Positions 31,306 to 42,449 of a stretch of 64,000 nucleotides of DNA are shown here, piece after piece. The notes under the pieces are model-generated. The model was not told where the DNA came from. It searched no databases and saw only the letters and a list, made by a program, of their open reading frames with translations. Every line of letters starts with the position of its first letter. Position 1 is the first letter of the stretch. The stretch covers positions 768,001-832,000 of the forward strand of contig CAWJQQ010000001.1 of assembly GCA_963845065.1 (NCBI GenBank), given 5' to 3'. The position numbers and the translations under genes are program-made. This DNA is from Nitrospirota bacterium (lineage in GTDB: Bacteria > Nitrospirota > UBA9217).

Positions 31306-32358
31306 ATGAATTCCCAAAATGATTCAATGCTACAAGCTCCTCGATCTGGTCTGGCCCAGAATATTGACATACCTTTATCTCTCCCTAGCTTATTAACATC
31401 TCACATAAACGTGCTTATGAACAAATTTGCCGATATCGAGTCCCGGTTGACGAACTCGGATGTTGACAATTTCGATTTGCAACTAGAAACGACGGACGCC
31501 TTGCATAAGATGAGCTATGCTTGCAAAGAATACGAAGATTCTTTCGCTCATTCACCGGAGGTGATTGTTCAAGCTCGCATCGCTTTCAGAGCTATTACTG
31601 ATAAGTACTTTTCAAAGAGCTATTTCGCGAAACGTGCCAGAACTTGGCCTCAAGGCTATCAAGGAGATTATCTGACACTCGAGAGTGTCTACCGCAATAC
31701 CCCATTATCAACGGGTCTCGGCTATTTCCTGGACGTTGATTTCTTGAGGACTGTTTTGAGCAATGCGGTTCGGGAGCGGATTGCCACCCTGATGGACATT
31801 CTCAGCTCATCCATTAAACAGTATGTGAAGCCTTCAATCTTGAATATCGCTTGTGGATCATGCCGCGAGCTTCCAGGCCTGTCTCAAAATATTATGGATG
31901 TCGATGGGTACATCACGTGTATAGACCATGACGACGCGGCACTCGATTTTTCAATGAGACGGCTAGTTTCTACTCCCTTGGATCCGCAACATACGTTTTT
32001 TAAGAGGTATAATGCTGTCAAAATGATCAACTATGACCGCAATATGAAGGAATTCGGCCCCCAGGATATCATTTACAGCGCTGGTTTCTTTGATTATCTG
32101 AACGACGAAACCCTTATCCGACTTCTCAATGCGGTATACCGAATGCTTAAGCCGGGCGGCACACTTATTGCGCCTTTCAAGGATGCTAATAAGTACAGCA
32201 CCCAAGAATATCATTGGTTTGTGGACTGGACTGGGTTCCTGCAACGCAAACCAGAAGACGTCCTGTCACTCCTGGAAAAAGCCGGCATTCCAAAATCTAT
32301 GTGTGAGATGTCACGCGACAAATCAGGGGTAATCCTTTTTATAGTTGCAAGAGCATAG
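31306..32358 (+). CDS. Class I SAM-dependent methyltransferase, PhcB-like
   Basis: RARTWPQGYQGDY....VY, AVRER, ILNIACGSCREL, DIIYSAGFFDYL and LKPGG; strong RBS. Confidence 0.75.
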   Translation: MNSQNDSMLQAPRSGLAQNIDIPLSLPSLLTSHINVLMNKFADIESRLTNSDVDNFDLQLETTDALHKMSYACKEYEDSFAHSPEVIVQARIAFRAITDKYFSKSYFAKRARTWPQGYQGDYLTLESVYRNTPLSTGLGYFLDVDFLRTVLSNAVRERIATLMDILSSSIKQYVKPSILNIACGSCRELPGLSQNIMDVDGYITCIDHDDAALDFSMRRLVSTPLDPQHTFFKRYNAVKMINYDRNMKEFGPQDIIYSAGFFDYLNDETLIRLLNAVYRMLKPGGTLIAPFKDANKYSTQEYHWFVDWTGFLQRKPEDVLSLLEKAGIPKSMCEMSRDKSGVILFIVARA

Positions 32359-32376
32359 TATTTCTTCGTATAATAG

Positions 32377-32412
32377 AACCCGACCATTCATTATTGGTCG
32401 GGTTTTTTTTTA
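32377..32412 (+). terminator. Intrinsic terminator between the methyltransferase and the kinase
   Basis: AACCCGACCA-loop-TGGTCGGGTT followed by a T-tract. Confidence 0.75.
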
Positions 32413-32424
32413 ACATGAAGTCCA

Positions 32425-34578
32425 TTGAATATGAAAGACCTGAAAAGCTTATTTATTGAAGAACAAATTTCAAAATTGACCCAATTATGGTTGGGGAGAG
32501 GTTTTCTTATTGGTATGGCCCTTTTCCCACTTCTGGGTATCATGGATTATGTTGTTGCCCCGGTGTTCTTCCACAAATTCATGGTATACCGAGGACTAAT
32601 TACTTTACTTCTTTTTACTCTGTATCTCTTAAACAAAATTAAACTACACGCATTTGCTCAGTATTCATTAGTTCTAATAGCGACAGCGATGAGTGGTATA
32701 ACTATTGAATTGATGATCCTGAAGCTTGGTGGTCATAGTTCGTCCTATTATGCAGGGCTTAACTTGGTCCTTATAACTGCGCTTGGTTTTATCCCCATGG
32801 GGATGGTAGTTTCTTTTTTGTGTGTTGCTGTTATCTATGCCATTTATCTTGTCCCAATTTTAGCTTTCGACACCATATCCAATTTTCCGCTATTCTTAAG
32901 CCATAATGCATTTATGCTGGCTACCTTTACCCTTGCACTAAGTTGGAGGGCTTTGGGCCAAAAGGTCCTCATAAAGCAACTTGATCTTCAATATGATCTT
33001 ATACAGGAGCGGATTTCACTCGCAAATAATTCGGAGCAACTCAAACAACTTGTACAAGAGCGAACAGCTTTGTATTTGGAATCCGAGTCTAGCTACCGCG
33101 CTATATTTGATAATTCCATGGATGGTATCCTGGTCCTTGATGAAAATGGGATTATAGTAAAATCGAACGAAAAAGCACACAAAATACACGATGTTGTGCC
33201 CAATTCTTTACGGGGATCAAATGTTCAACTTTTACAACTTGAGAAAAATCGAGAAAAGCTCCTCGGCGTGATAAAGCGTGTACTCGATGGGGAAAACGTT
33301 TTTTATGAAACCGAGCACTACCGCAAGGATGGGTCTCTGGTCTCACTCGAAGTTTGTGCAAACCAGGTAACCCTGGGAGATACAAATTATGTTCAAATGA
33401 TTCTCCGTGATATAACGGAGAAGAGGAAGATACAAGAACACCTTCTGCAGTCACAAAAAATGGAGTCGGTGGCTACGCTGGCAGGAGGCATTTCTCATGA
33501 CTTAAACAACGTCCTCACAGCCATTCTTGGACACGCTGAAATCCTCAGTCGCAAAATCAAGGGACCTTTTGAGAACGATGATACTGTTATAAAGTCATTA
33601 AATGTTATTGAAAGGGCAGTACGAAATGGATCGCGAATGATTTCACAACTTATGGATTTTGCTCGTCGGAAAAAATCGGAAATTCTTCCCATCAATATTA
33701 ACGATATTATTGCAGACACGATCAAGCTTGTTGAACGTGTTCTGAATAAAAATATTTTTGTTAGACTTGAACTCGATACGACAATCCCCCGGGTTGATGG
33801 AGATGTCACTCAACTTTCCCAAGTCGTCATGAATCTTGTTGTAAATGCCAAAGATGCTATGACAGGTGGTGGTGTTATCACGATTAATACGTTTAGATGT
33901 TCTCGTCAGAATGTCTATCGTTATGCCCCCCCATTCGTTCCTGCAGCAGACTATGTCATATTTAAAATATCAGATACGGGAGCAGGCATACCCGAAGAGG
34001 TGAAAGCCAATATTTTCGAGCCCTTCTTTACAACCAAAGAGCGCGGCAAAGGAACCGGTCTTGGACTTGCAATGGTATACAGTGTTGTTACAAACCATAA
34101 GGGGTACATATCCGTTAGCAGTGAGCCGGGTAGAGGAACGACCTTCACTCTTTATTTCCCTGTGTCATCCGCCGATTCGATGCGTCAGCATTCTTTCGTT
34201 GATCGCAATTTCCAAAAAAATAAAACAGTCCTTGTAATAGATGATGATGAAATGAACTTGAATGTTATAAAAGAGATTCTTGAACGGGAACAGTATAACG
34301 TACTGGCTACAACAAACCCACTTTTGGCGCTAGACATTTTCAAAAGCGGTAAAGACACAATTGCTCTCGTCATAACTGATATTATCATGCCCAACCTTGA
34401 CGGACGTGAACTGACTCAACAAATCATAAAGATTAAACCGGAACAAAGGATTCTGACCATAACGGGAACTGACGAACCTCCCAATTTTGGTGATACAAGT
34501 CACGAGTATACCACATTACGAAAACCATTTGATTCTGCTACGTTGATGAATAATGTTAAACGTGTGATGCTTGCATGA
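32425..34578 (+). CDS. Membrane hybrid sensor kinase (5-6 TM, PAS, HisKA, HATPase, REC)
   Basis: Hydrophobic N-terminus with SSYYAGLNLVL; PAS ending RDITE; LAGGISHDLNN H-box; NA.DA, DTGAG and GTGLGL; receiver DDD...TD..MP...KP. Confidence 0.93.
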   Translation: MNMKDLKSLFIEEQISKLTQLWLGRGFLIGMALFPLLGIMDYVVAPVFFHKFMVYRGLITLLLFTLYLLNKIKLHAFAQYSLVLIATAMSGITIELMILKLGGHSSSYYAGLNLVLITALGFIPMGMVVSFLCVAVIYAIYLVPILAFDTISNFPLFLSHNAFMLATFTLALSWRALGQKVLIKQLDLQYDLIQERISLANNSEQLKQLVQERTALYLESESSYRAIFDNSMDGILVLDENGIIVKSNEKAHKIHDVVPNSLRGSNVQLLQLEKNREKLLGVIKRVLDGENVFYETEHYRKDGSLVSLEVCANQVTLGDTNYVQMILRDITEKRKIQEHLLQSQKMESVATLAGGISHDLNNVLTAILGHAEILSRKIKGPFENDDTVIKSLNVIERAVRNGSRMISQLMDFARRKKSEILPININDIIADTIKLVERVLNKNIFVRLELDTTIPRVDGDVTQLSQVVMNLVVNAKDAMTGGGVITINTFRCSRQNVYRYAPPFVPAADYVIFKISDTGAGIPEEVKANIFEPFFTTKERGKGTGLGLAMVYSVVTNHKGYISVSSEPGRGTTFTLYFPVSSADSMRQHSFVDRNFQKNKTVLVIDDDEMNLNVIKEILEREQYNVLATTNPLLALDIFKSGKDTIALVITDIIMPNLDGRELTQQIIKIKPEQRILTITGTDEPPNFGDTSHEYTTLRKPFDSATLMNNVKRVMLA

Positions 34579-34733
34579 GGGAACGTCACTGCTGATTCTG
34601 GTGAATCCATTCACCTATTCCGACGGGAATTTTCTACCCTATCCGATAAAGCTTCCAGTCATCTTGGAGAATCCTTCCCCGGAGACACTTCAGATGATCA
34701 AATAATACTGTTTATATCTTTTATGATGATTTA

Positions 34734-34867
34734 TTAACTTGCAATTCCCTGTAGCTTGCTACAGGGTCACCGCATCGAGGGAAGAGTTTGAGAAACCGCA
34801 GGTTTCTCAATTGATAATCGTCTTCCTATTTATAAATACCACGCAGCTTGCTGCGTGGAGGTTCATT
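34734..34867 (+). mobile_element. 134-bp ORF-less hairpin-bounded element, family B copy 1
   Basis: Near-identical to 45543-45676; CCCTGTAGC-TT-GCTACAGGG and CCACGCAGC-TT-GCTGCGTGG hairpins; ends GTTCATT. Confidence 0.8.
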
Positions 34868-34907
34868 TGCCCTATACAATACCATGGTGAGTCTTTAACC
34901 CGGCCCT

Positions 34908-36101
34908 GTGATCATTGACGACTTTAGGAATATGACAAATCACACAACCTTCCCTCGTCTGTTCAGCACATGGTATTTCATTTGGCTCGCTATTTTATTC
35001 GCGGAATCATTTACGACAGTCGCGAATGCCATCCAGAGTATTCTCTGGTATGGGAAAATATCTTCGAGCCTTATGATTATAGGTGCAATCGACGCCTTGG
35101 TTGTTTCCCTTATCGTTGCGCCCATTATATTCTATTTTATCCAGCATGCGACAGAACTTAAAAAAATCAATGAGAAACTTCAGCAGGAAATTATCGAACG
35201 TAAACGGGCTGAAGCAGCCCTGCAAAAGAGCGAAAATAAATATCGCACTATATTCGAAAATGTTCAGGATATTTTCTTTCAGGCAGATGCAAACGGCATC
35301 ATTACTGACATTAGCCCCTCTGTGACAAAATATACTGGGTATTCACGAGAAGAGCTGATTGGCAAGCCCAGTGCGAGTTTATATCACAATCTGGGTGACA
35401 GAGAGAAGTTGGTGGAACTAATGAAGGAAACGGGAGAGGTCGTTGATTATGAAGTCGTGCTCATAGCCAAAGATGATCGTCAGGTGCATGTATCACTTCA
35501 TGCGCATCTTCTATATAATGAAGAAGGAGGTCCTGCGGGTGTTGATGGCGTAATGCGGGACATCACTGAGCGAAAACAAGCGGCAGTTCAACTGAAACAG
35601 CTTAACGAAATGCTATCCTGCCAGGTAGCAACCGACCCGCTCACGGGAATATCCAATCGATCAAAATTTAATGATATGTTAAACACCGAGATTCACCGAG
35701 CGACACGGTTCAATACATCGCTTTCGCTAATCATGTTCGACATTGATGACTTTAAGAAAATCAATGACAACTATGGCCATCATGTAGGCGACAATGTCCT
35801 GCGTGAAGTCACCGCGCTCGTGGCGCAATACGTCAGAATCCACGATCTTTTCGCACGATGGGGCGGAGATGAATTTATGATCATGGTGGCAAACACCGCT
35901 ATTAACAACGCACGGCAGCTTGCTGAAAAATTGCGATATAATATTGATAATCATGCTTTCCAAGGTGGCCAGCATGTGACGTGCAGTTTTGGCGTGGCTC
36001 AACTAGGCATAAGTGAAAATGACGACCTATTAACGAAGAAAGTGGATAATGCCCTCTATCGCGCAAAGGAACTGGGACGGAATAGAGTCGAGGTATCATG
36101 A
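34908..36101 (+). CDS. Membrane PAS-domain diguanylate cyclase
   Basis: 2 TM, PAS, DPLTG, DIDDFK.IND.YGH..GD, RIHD I-site and an intact GGDEF. Confidence 0.93.
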   Translation: MIIDDFRNMTNHTTFPRLFSTWYFIWLAILFAESFTTVANAIQSILWYGKISSSLMIIGAIDALVVSLIVAPIIFYFIQHATELKKINEKLQQEIIERKRAEAALQKSENKYRTIFENVQDIFFQADANGIITDISPSVTKYTGYSREELIGKPSASLYHNLGDREKLVELMKETGEVVDYEVVLIAKDDRQVHVSLHAHLLYNEEGGPAGVDGVMRDITERKQAAVQLKQLNEMLSCQVATDPLTGISNRSKFNDMLNTEIHRATRFNTSLSLIMFDIDDFKKINDNYGHHVGDNVLREVTALVAQYVRIHDLFARWGGDEFMIMVANTAINNARQLAEKLRYNIDNHAFQGGQHVTCSFGVAQLGISENDDLLTKKVDNALYRAKELGRNRVEVS

Positions 36102-36712
36102 ATGCTCAATGTAGAACATTCATCGTGTTTAGCCTAAATAAAGACAGACGAACGATTTGCAGAGGAAATGACAAGCGAATGAGTTAAACATCTTTCGAAT
36201 TTAATGTTGCACTATCGGTTACACTTGTCAAGGTCTCTGCCAAGAAAAGAAAATTTTCGCAAAATAGCCTGTGGGCGTATACGGATCTCCGCAAGTTGGT
36301 AGTGCTCAATTTTCTGTGGTAAACTCAGCATGCACCATGATTGATAATTCTGTTGATTCCTTCAAAAAGGTTCGGCACTGAGTAGGATATGATCGCAAAA
36401 TACGGCTTGTAAAATACATTTCATTTTAGTTCCCATTATTTGAAACACATCAATTCGAAAACTGTATACTGCAGCATTATACCCACTAAATACCTCGTTG
36501 ACATATCCTGTCGGAAGCATTGGCTTGATTCTGAGTTAGGCATATTTTCAAGAAAACGGGTCAGCTGGGTATTACTTCACCTAACCTAACTATGCACGCA
36601 TTGTGCGTGCTTAGTTGGCCTACTCAATAATTGGACCACCTTTTATCAAATAAAATCTGAGATGGATCACGAATGACCAATAATTTAATTAAATATATTA
36701 TGAAACCATGAT

Positions 36713-36831
36713 AGAATCCCCCCACTCTTGACACGGGGATGAATGTCATCCTTACCCAAGGGGTTATAAGGGGGAATGGAAGCTCCTCTTATCCGCTAAG
36801 ACCCATGATGCCCTGGGGCGGGGTAATTCAT
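36713..36831 (+). repeat. Degenerate hairpin-bounded element, family C copy 2
   Basis: Shares core with 29305; ends GCGGGGTAATTCA like family A. Confidence 0.55.
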
Positions 36832-37007
36832 TATCGTTTAATCTGCCATAACTTCAATAAACGAACAATCTGAATTGGTAGCGTTTACGCACTTCGCAAC
36901 TAACAAGATGTCATCAGATAATAGTTCACTTACGCAGTATGGAAAAATACAAAATGGGACTTCAGGAATGAGATTAGGAGAGAAAAGACTATCAAGTCAA
37001 GAGATTA

Positions 37008-37712
37008 ATGTTATTCATAGGTGGTCTTGACTTTATGCCAGCCTTATTCTACACTCTGCCAAAGAATATTGTGAAATGCTTTCGAGGTTACAATCTCCTC
37101 TGGCATCTCCTAGCGATTATTCTTACATACTTCATCGTAACTTCAGGCTTTGACTGGCTCTATTTTAAATCTTCCAGAAGCGTTCTCTTACAATCGCTTC
37201 TTTTCCCGCCTGTCATACTTGGTAGTCTTCTACCAATTATAGTGCCATTTGCTCTCTATGCATTTGGTAAAGCTAGAAAAAATATTATAACCATCAGTAC
37301 AGCCAATGCTTTAGGTCAAGCAGCTATCATTGGTTTGCTCATTTCTTCCTTTTATAAAGCATTTACGGGAAGAGTTCATCCACTACGATTACTCACACAG
37401 GATGCTATTGATATCAGCCGAGAATTTCGGTTTGGATTTCTGCGCGATGGGGTATTTTGGGGCTGGCCATCTTCACATACCACTATTGCCTTTGCTATGG
37501 CTGTAACGTTATTGATGTTATATCCAAAAAATAAAGTTATAAAATACTTGGCAATTTTTTACGCGCTCTATATCGGATTCGGAGTATCCATAAGCATTCA
37601 TTGGTTTTCCGACTTTGTGGCCGGCGCTATTCTCGGAACAGTAATTGGGGTTGTGGTGGGAAATAGTTTTCGTGAAGGAAGACAGGAATATAATGTTCGT
37701 CCTAAAATCTGA
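37008..37712 (+). CDS. PAP2-family membrane phosphatase
   Basis: K.FTGR.HP, WPSSHT and HWFSDFVAG motifs. Confidence 0.85.
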   Translation: MLFIGGLDFMPALFYTLPKNIVKCFRGYNLLWHLLAIILTYFIVTSGFDWLYFKSSRSVLLQSLLFPPVILGSLLPIIVPFALYAFGKARKNIITISTANALGQAAIIGLLISSFYKAFTGRVHPLRLLTQDAIDISREFRFGFLRDGVFWGWPSSHTTIAFAMAVTLLMLYPKNKVIKYLAIFYALYIGFGVSISIHWFSDFVAGAILGTVIGVVVGNSFREGRQEYNVRPKI

Positions 37713-37926
37713 ATGTTTTTGAACATGCTTTATTCATCCCGTAACTGTTCACATCTATCCATGCAAGTCCCATTAGATATCTCACGATACCGTTGACATC
37801 TCGTCGATTCAGCATATTCTTAACACAAATATAAATTCTTTGTCTTTGGCTTTGATAGCGAGCAATTCGTAATCGTTGGTTAGGCCGACTTAATTATCGT
37901 TAATGAACTATGCACGATCGTTTTAT

Positions 37927-38063
37927 AAAACCTGTCCTTGAATACACAGCAGTTCTACTGCTGGGAAGAAAAGGACAATCCTGACGAAGTCAGGATAAGA
38001 ATCTGATTGGTTTTAGGTTCTATCGGTTTTGATGCCCCGCAGCTCTGCTGCGGGGTAATTCAC
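37927..38063 (+). mobile_element. Family A 137-bp element, copy 2
   Basis: Same sequence and TTTAT/AATTCAC boundaries as 28985. Confidence 0.85.
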
Positions 38064-38551
38064 TTCTGGGTCCACCACTGTTCCACATTGAGATCAAACT
38101 AATGATCGAAAAACGAAACTACTGCACCTTCGCTGCCCTGTCTTGCACCATTATAGCACTCGCTGGCTAGGTAATATTAATGGAGTCTTTGTGTACATCG
38201 AGTTCGACATTTGTAATAGAATGTTTCATGATCTGCCTCCTTGGTTGTGGCTCTGTATTTGAGAACTGGGTTCCCAAGTGTAACCCATGTTGCAATAGGC
38301 AGGTCATTTTTTTAACTGTCAGCCATTATGTCTCATCAATTTGGAAAAACCTATATTCAACCCACTTCTGCCCATATATATTACCAACCAGACATACCAA
38401 CCAGACGATATTGACACAGACATAATTTAGGCATATATTCCTCAATAAGCAGGGTGATTGATATCGCATGATAATTGCCAAACTAAATAATAGCGGATTT
38501 GCGCTGTTATTTAGTGTCTGCTCAATAAATGGGTCTAAAAAAAAGAAGATA

Positions 38552-38878
38552 ATGAAAAAGTGTCCCTTTTGTGCTGAAGATATTCAAAACGACGCGATAA
38601 AGTGTAAACACTGCGGAGAGGTTCTGAATGCCTCCACCCACCCACGTCTTGCAGAAGAAAAACTTCCATGGTATTACCGGAAATCCTTTATTATTATTGC
38701 AGTCTGCTCTGTGGGGCCACTGGCGTTGCCTCTAATTTGGTGGCGTCCCCAAACGACCCGGGTATGGAAGATTGGACTCACCATAGGAATCGTTGTTCTT
38801 AGCTGGATATTGTTTAAATCCACCATGGAGTCCATTCGCACAATCAAGGAGTATTATAAGCTAATGGATGGACTATGA
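38552..38878 (+). CDS. Zinc-ribbon domain membrane protein
   Basis: CPFCAE.I...AIKCKHCG followed by two TM segments. Confidence 0.8.
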   Translation: MKKCPFCAEDIQNDAIKCKHCGEVLNASTHPRLAEEKLPWYYRKSFIIIAVCSVGPLALPLIWWRPQTTRVWKIGLTIGIVVLSWILFKSTMESIRTIKEYYKLMDGL

Positions 38879-38977
38879 AATTGTCTACAGGTAGAACAAG
38901 TCTGAGATCGCCGATCAGGTTTGCGTCACGGCTTTACGCAAGTGTGCATGGTCTTGTAATTTATTTTAAGCAAGGAG

Positions 38978-39289
38978 ATGGTTATGATCAATGTAATTGC
39001 CTCGATTCGTGTGAAGACAGGAAAGCTTTCCGATTACCTTGCGATTCTTAAAGCCAATATGCCGACGGTTAAAAAAGAGAAGGGGTGTATCGAATATATT
39101 CCGACGGTCGATATTGATGTTCTGCCTCCGCAGGTTCTCGATAAAAATGTTGTTACCATTCTTGAAAAGTGGGAGAATCTGGAAGCGCTCCATGCTCATC
39201 TCAGATCGCCTCATATGCTAAATTACAGAGAACACGTAAAGACCATAGTCGAGAGTGTGTCTCTCAAAGTACTACAAGAAGTAAATTAA
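38978..39289 (+). CDS. ABM-family putative quinol monooxygenase
   Basis: V..EKGCIEY.P.VD and EKW...EAL.AHL..PHM motifs. Confidence 0.85.
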   Translation: MVMINVIASIRVKTGKLSDYLAILKANMPTVKKEKGCIEYIPTVDIDVLPPQVLDKNVVTILEKWENLEALHAHLRSPHMLNYREHVKTIVESVSLKVLQEVN

Positions 39290-39869
39290 ATCATTGACCA
39301 CGGCGAATACAGAACATTTGCAGTTATCATCTAGTTAGTCTGCATATCATATTATCGGTCGCCGTTGTAACCTAGTAGTTTTCTCGATAGAAACCGCGTT
39401 CTATCAGAATCGAACAATACTGGTTGAATCATTAAGTGCATCAAACTATCTGTAATCCGCGATAATTTTATCTTTTTGAAATTGCAAAATACCTGACGTT
39501 AATATCATTTCAGTCCTCAACAACACTTAGGCTTCAGACCTATCTGCTAACATCTCCCCATAAATAAAAATTTGATCTTAAATCTTGACAAATTTGTACA
39601 CAGCTGACATCATATAAAATACATTTTATATGAATAATGTAAATTGCAGGAATTATATTGATCAATTATCTGTTAACCCATCTTCCGCAGGTTGATCATT
39701 TTTTAAACTATTTTGCGTTGATTTGAGCAACCAACTTATTGATTTTCTTACCGGTGATTTTTGAAAACTACGTGTAGTGCCGACCACTCTCTTGTCTCTC
39801 TCGTTCGTTTCAACGATAATGCGTTCAGAGGAGAACAAGGTAGATGTACTTGCGCCGCCGTCGTAATAA

Positions 39870-40105
39870 AAATGGAACTGAATACGAGTCGTGGGCACTT
39901 AAGTCCATTTTCTAAACGACGACTTCTCATTTGTACTGCTCAAAGCCGGGATAAGTAATCTGGTCTCGCGCGATCTGCCCCACCACGAACGGTGCTTCAG
40001 TTTGACTTTAAACCACTCCCCAAACTCCCGGTAATCCGTCAATGTACTCCAAACGCGAGAAATAGGTGCTTGAAGTTCAATACGTTTCTCAATACGATAA
40101 TTCAT
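39870..40105 (-). pseudogene. SRPBCC/Aha1-like protein remnant
   Basis: IEKRIELQAPISRVW..LTDYREFGEWFKVKL, then frameshift and truncation. Confidence 0.7.
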
Positions 40106-40985
40106 ATATGCCACCTCCTAGATGCATATTATTTAGACTTCATCAAGTATGCAACCAATTTGTAGCGCTTAATATAATTTGAAGCAGCACTGTCACTAAT
40201 ATTCTTTGGACTTGTCGTAATATTGGCATTAAATGATGGTTGGTACTTTTTGGAGTAACGTAATCTTTGATGAAATCACAAATATCAGTCGAAATTTGCA
40301 GTACCCTCTCCTTCGTGCATCGTGCACATGCTCTTAACTAAACAGATGTGCACAGAAACATCTTGAAGTTGTTAAAGTTTCTATTCTTCTTAATTCATAG
40401 ATTTACAAACTATAAGGATCGAAACGACTTGAAACTGAATTGGCTAACATCACTCTAGAACGCCCAATCAAACATACCCAATCGGGTGACATTTTTCTTG
40501 GATCAGGAATATATTCGCGCAATAAAAGCCGCTAGGCATTATGTCGACCTTGTTAGATTTACTCAATAATCGTTTGAGATACTGAAAATGATGATAGGTG
40601 ACACCAAATCCTCTTTGCCATCAAAATTCTCTTGACTTAAAGTTGCACCTTGATTTACACTCGAAGGTAACAGCAACTGTTAACTCATCAGTTGGCAGTC
40701 ATCTCAGAGAATTGAACCCATCACACATTGCCGGACACCGAAGTGCTTTAATGAAAGAAAGCTAAAGGAATGAACTTGCTCTATGCTGTACTGCCACAAG
40801 CCCTTCGACCGCGTGCAGGATGATCATCTGTTCTGGTATGTAGGTCATTTGCAGCTGGTCGAGTTTCCAAAGGGCTCTCCCATCCTTTTGCCCAGCGCGC
40901 CGTGCGATGTAGACATGAGTTCTCAGAACTAGTATTCTGGGAACACTGAGGGATATGAATACCCGGAACAGACCATGGAGCATGC

Positions 40986-42203
40986 ATGAGCACTGAACAA
41001 ATAAAGGATAAGTTCCCAGACGCGGGTGATTTTTTCCAGACGATCTTCGAAAGCAGCCCCTACCCTATGTGGGTCTATGACTTGGACACCATGATGTTCC
41101 TAGCTGTCAACAATGCAGCCGTGGAGCATTACGGTTATACACGCGAAGAATTCCTTTCCATGAACATCAAGGAGATCAGGCCTCCCGAGGAAGTGCCCCG
41201 CCTTTTTAATATGATCTCGCGGCTCGGCATGGGGGTACAGCACATAGGCTCCTGGAAGCACCGCAGGAAGGACGGTTCTCTCATGGATGTGGAGATCTCG
41301 TCCCATGGTATTCTCTTCGAAGGACGGAAGGCGCGCTTTGTGATTATCCAGGATGTTACCGAGCGCAAGCGTGCCGAGTGGATGTTGCGTACCAGCGAGG
41401 AGCGGCATAAGTTAATCCTTGGGACGGCAATGGACGGGTTCTGGCTTATAGACACGCAAGGACATCTTTTGGAAGTCAATGAGGCATATTGCCGAATGAG
41501 CGGTTATAGCGAACGAGAACTGTTGACCACGAGCATTTCCGAGTTGGAGGCCGCCGAGCTTCCAGTTGAAACGGCATCACATATTCAAAAGGTCATCTCC
41601 GAAGGCGAAGATCGTTTTGAGAGCGTGCATCGCCGTAAGGATGGAAGCACTTTTAACGTTGAGGTCAGCGTCCAGTTCAAACCCATCGACGGAGGGTGGA
41701 TTGCCGGGTTCATACGCGATATAACCGCACGTAAAAGGGCAGTTGAGAATCTCAGAGAATCAGAAGAGAAATTGCGTGTGCGTTCGCAGGAGCTTGAGGA
41801 GATGAACAGCGCACTGAAGGTTTTACTTAAACAACGGGAACAGGATAAGAAAGAAATTGAGGAGAATGTGCATACAAATGTGAAAAAACTTGTGCTGCCC
41901 TATATCGAAAAGCTGAAGAAGCGCAAGTTAGGAGAAGATGCCTTATACCTTAATATCATCGAGGCCAATCTTCACGGGGTGCTATCCTCTTTAGCAACGA
42001 CGACATCAAGGAAATTACACAGGTTGACACCACAGGAATTACTCGTGGCCAATCTTATTAACGATGGCAGACAGGATAAGGATATTTCTGAAATGCTAAA
42101 CGTATCGATTCATACAATTAAGGCTCACCGAAGAAACATCAGAAAAAAGCTCGGCCTGATCAAGGGAAAAGCCAACCTAAGAACATTCCTTTCTAACTTA
42201 TAA
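40986..42203 (+). CDS. PAS-PAS-LuxR HTH transcriptional regulator
   Basis: Two PAS domains (H.RKDG), coiled coil, LTPQE..VA.L...G...K.I...L.VS..TI..HR.NIRKKL. Confidence 0.92.
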   Translation: MSTEQIKDKFPDAGDFFQTIFESSPYPMWVYDLDTMMFLAVNNAAVEHYGYTREEFLSMNIKEIRPPEEVPRLFNMISRLGMGVQHIGSWKHRRKDGSLMDVEISSHGILFEGRKARFVIIQDVTERKRAEWMLRTSEERHKLILGTAMDGFWLIDTQGHLLEVNEAYCRMSGYSERELLTTSISELEAAELPVETASHIQKVISEGEDRFESVHRRKDGSTFNVEVSVQFKPIDGGWIAGFIRDITARKRAVENLRESEEKLRVRSQELEEMNSALKVLLKQREQDKKEIEENVHTNVKKLVLPYIEKLKKRKLGEDALYLNIIEANLHGVLSSLATTTSRKLHRLTPQELLVANLINDGRQDKDISEMLNVSIHTIKAHRRNIRKKLGLIKGKANLRTFLSNL

Positions 42204-42449
42204 TATTATCCCATGTAGCTATTACATAGTTAATAATATATCCTAGAATCCTCTACCTTTTTGATTATAATAATAGTAGTAATTATGGTAACAGAGAAGA
42301 AACATTAACACACCTTTGATAGACCAGCCTCTACTACATCTAATAAAGACTCATATTTACAAATTAGTACATGGAATACTGTGCACACTATCGTGAGGAT
42401 ATTTGTAACAGTGGCAGGCTGCAATTTAGAAGTTGTAGAAGGATCGGTC

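Noticed and set aside
38880..38970. Weak attC-like hairpin between the zinc-ribbon and ABM genes
   Set aside because: Only a short TTGCGT/ACGCAA stem; canonical core sites absent
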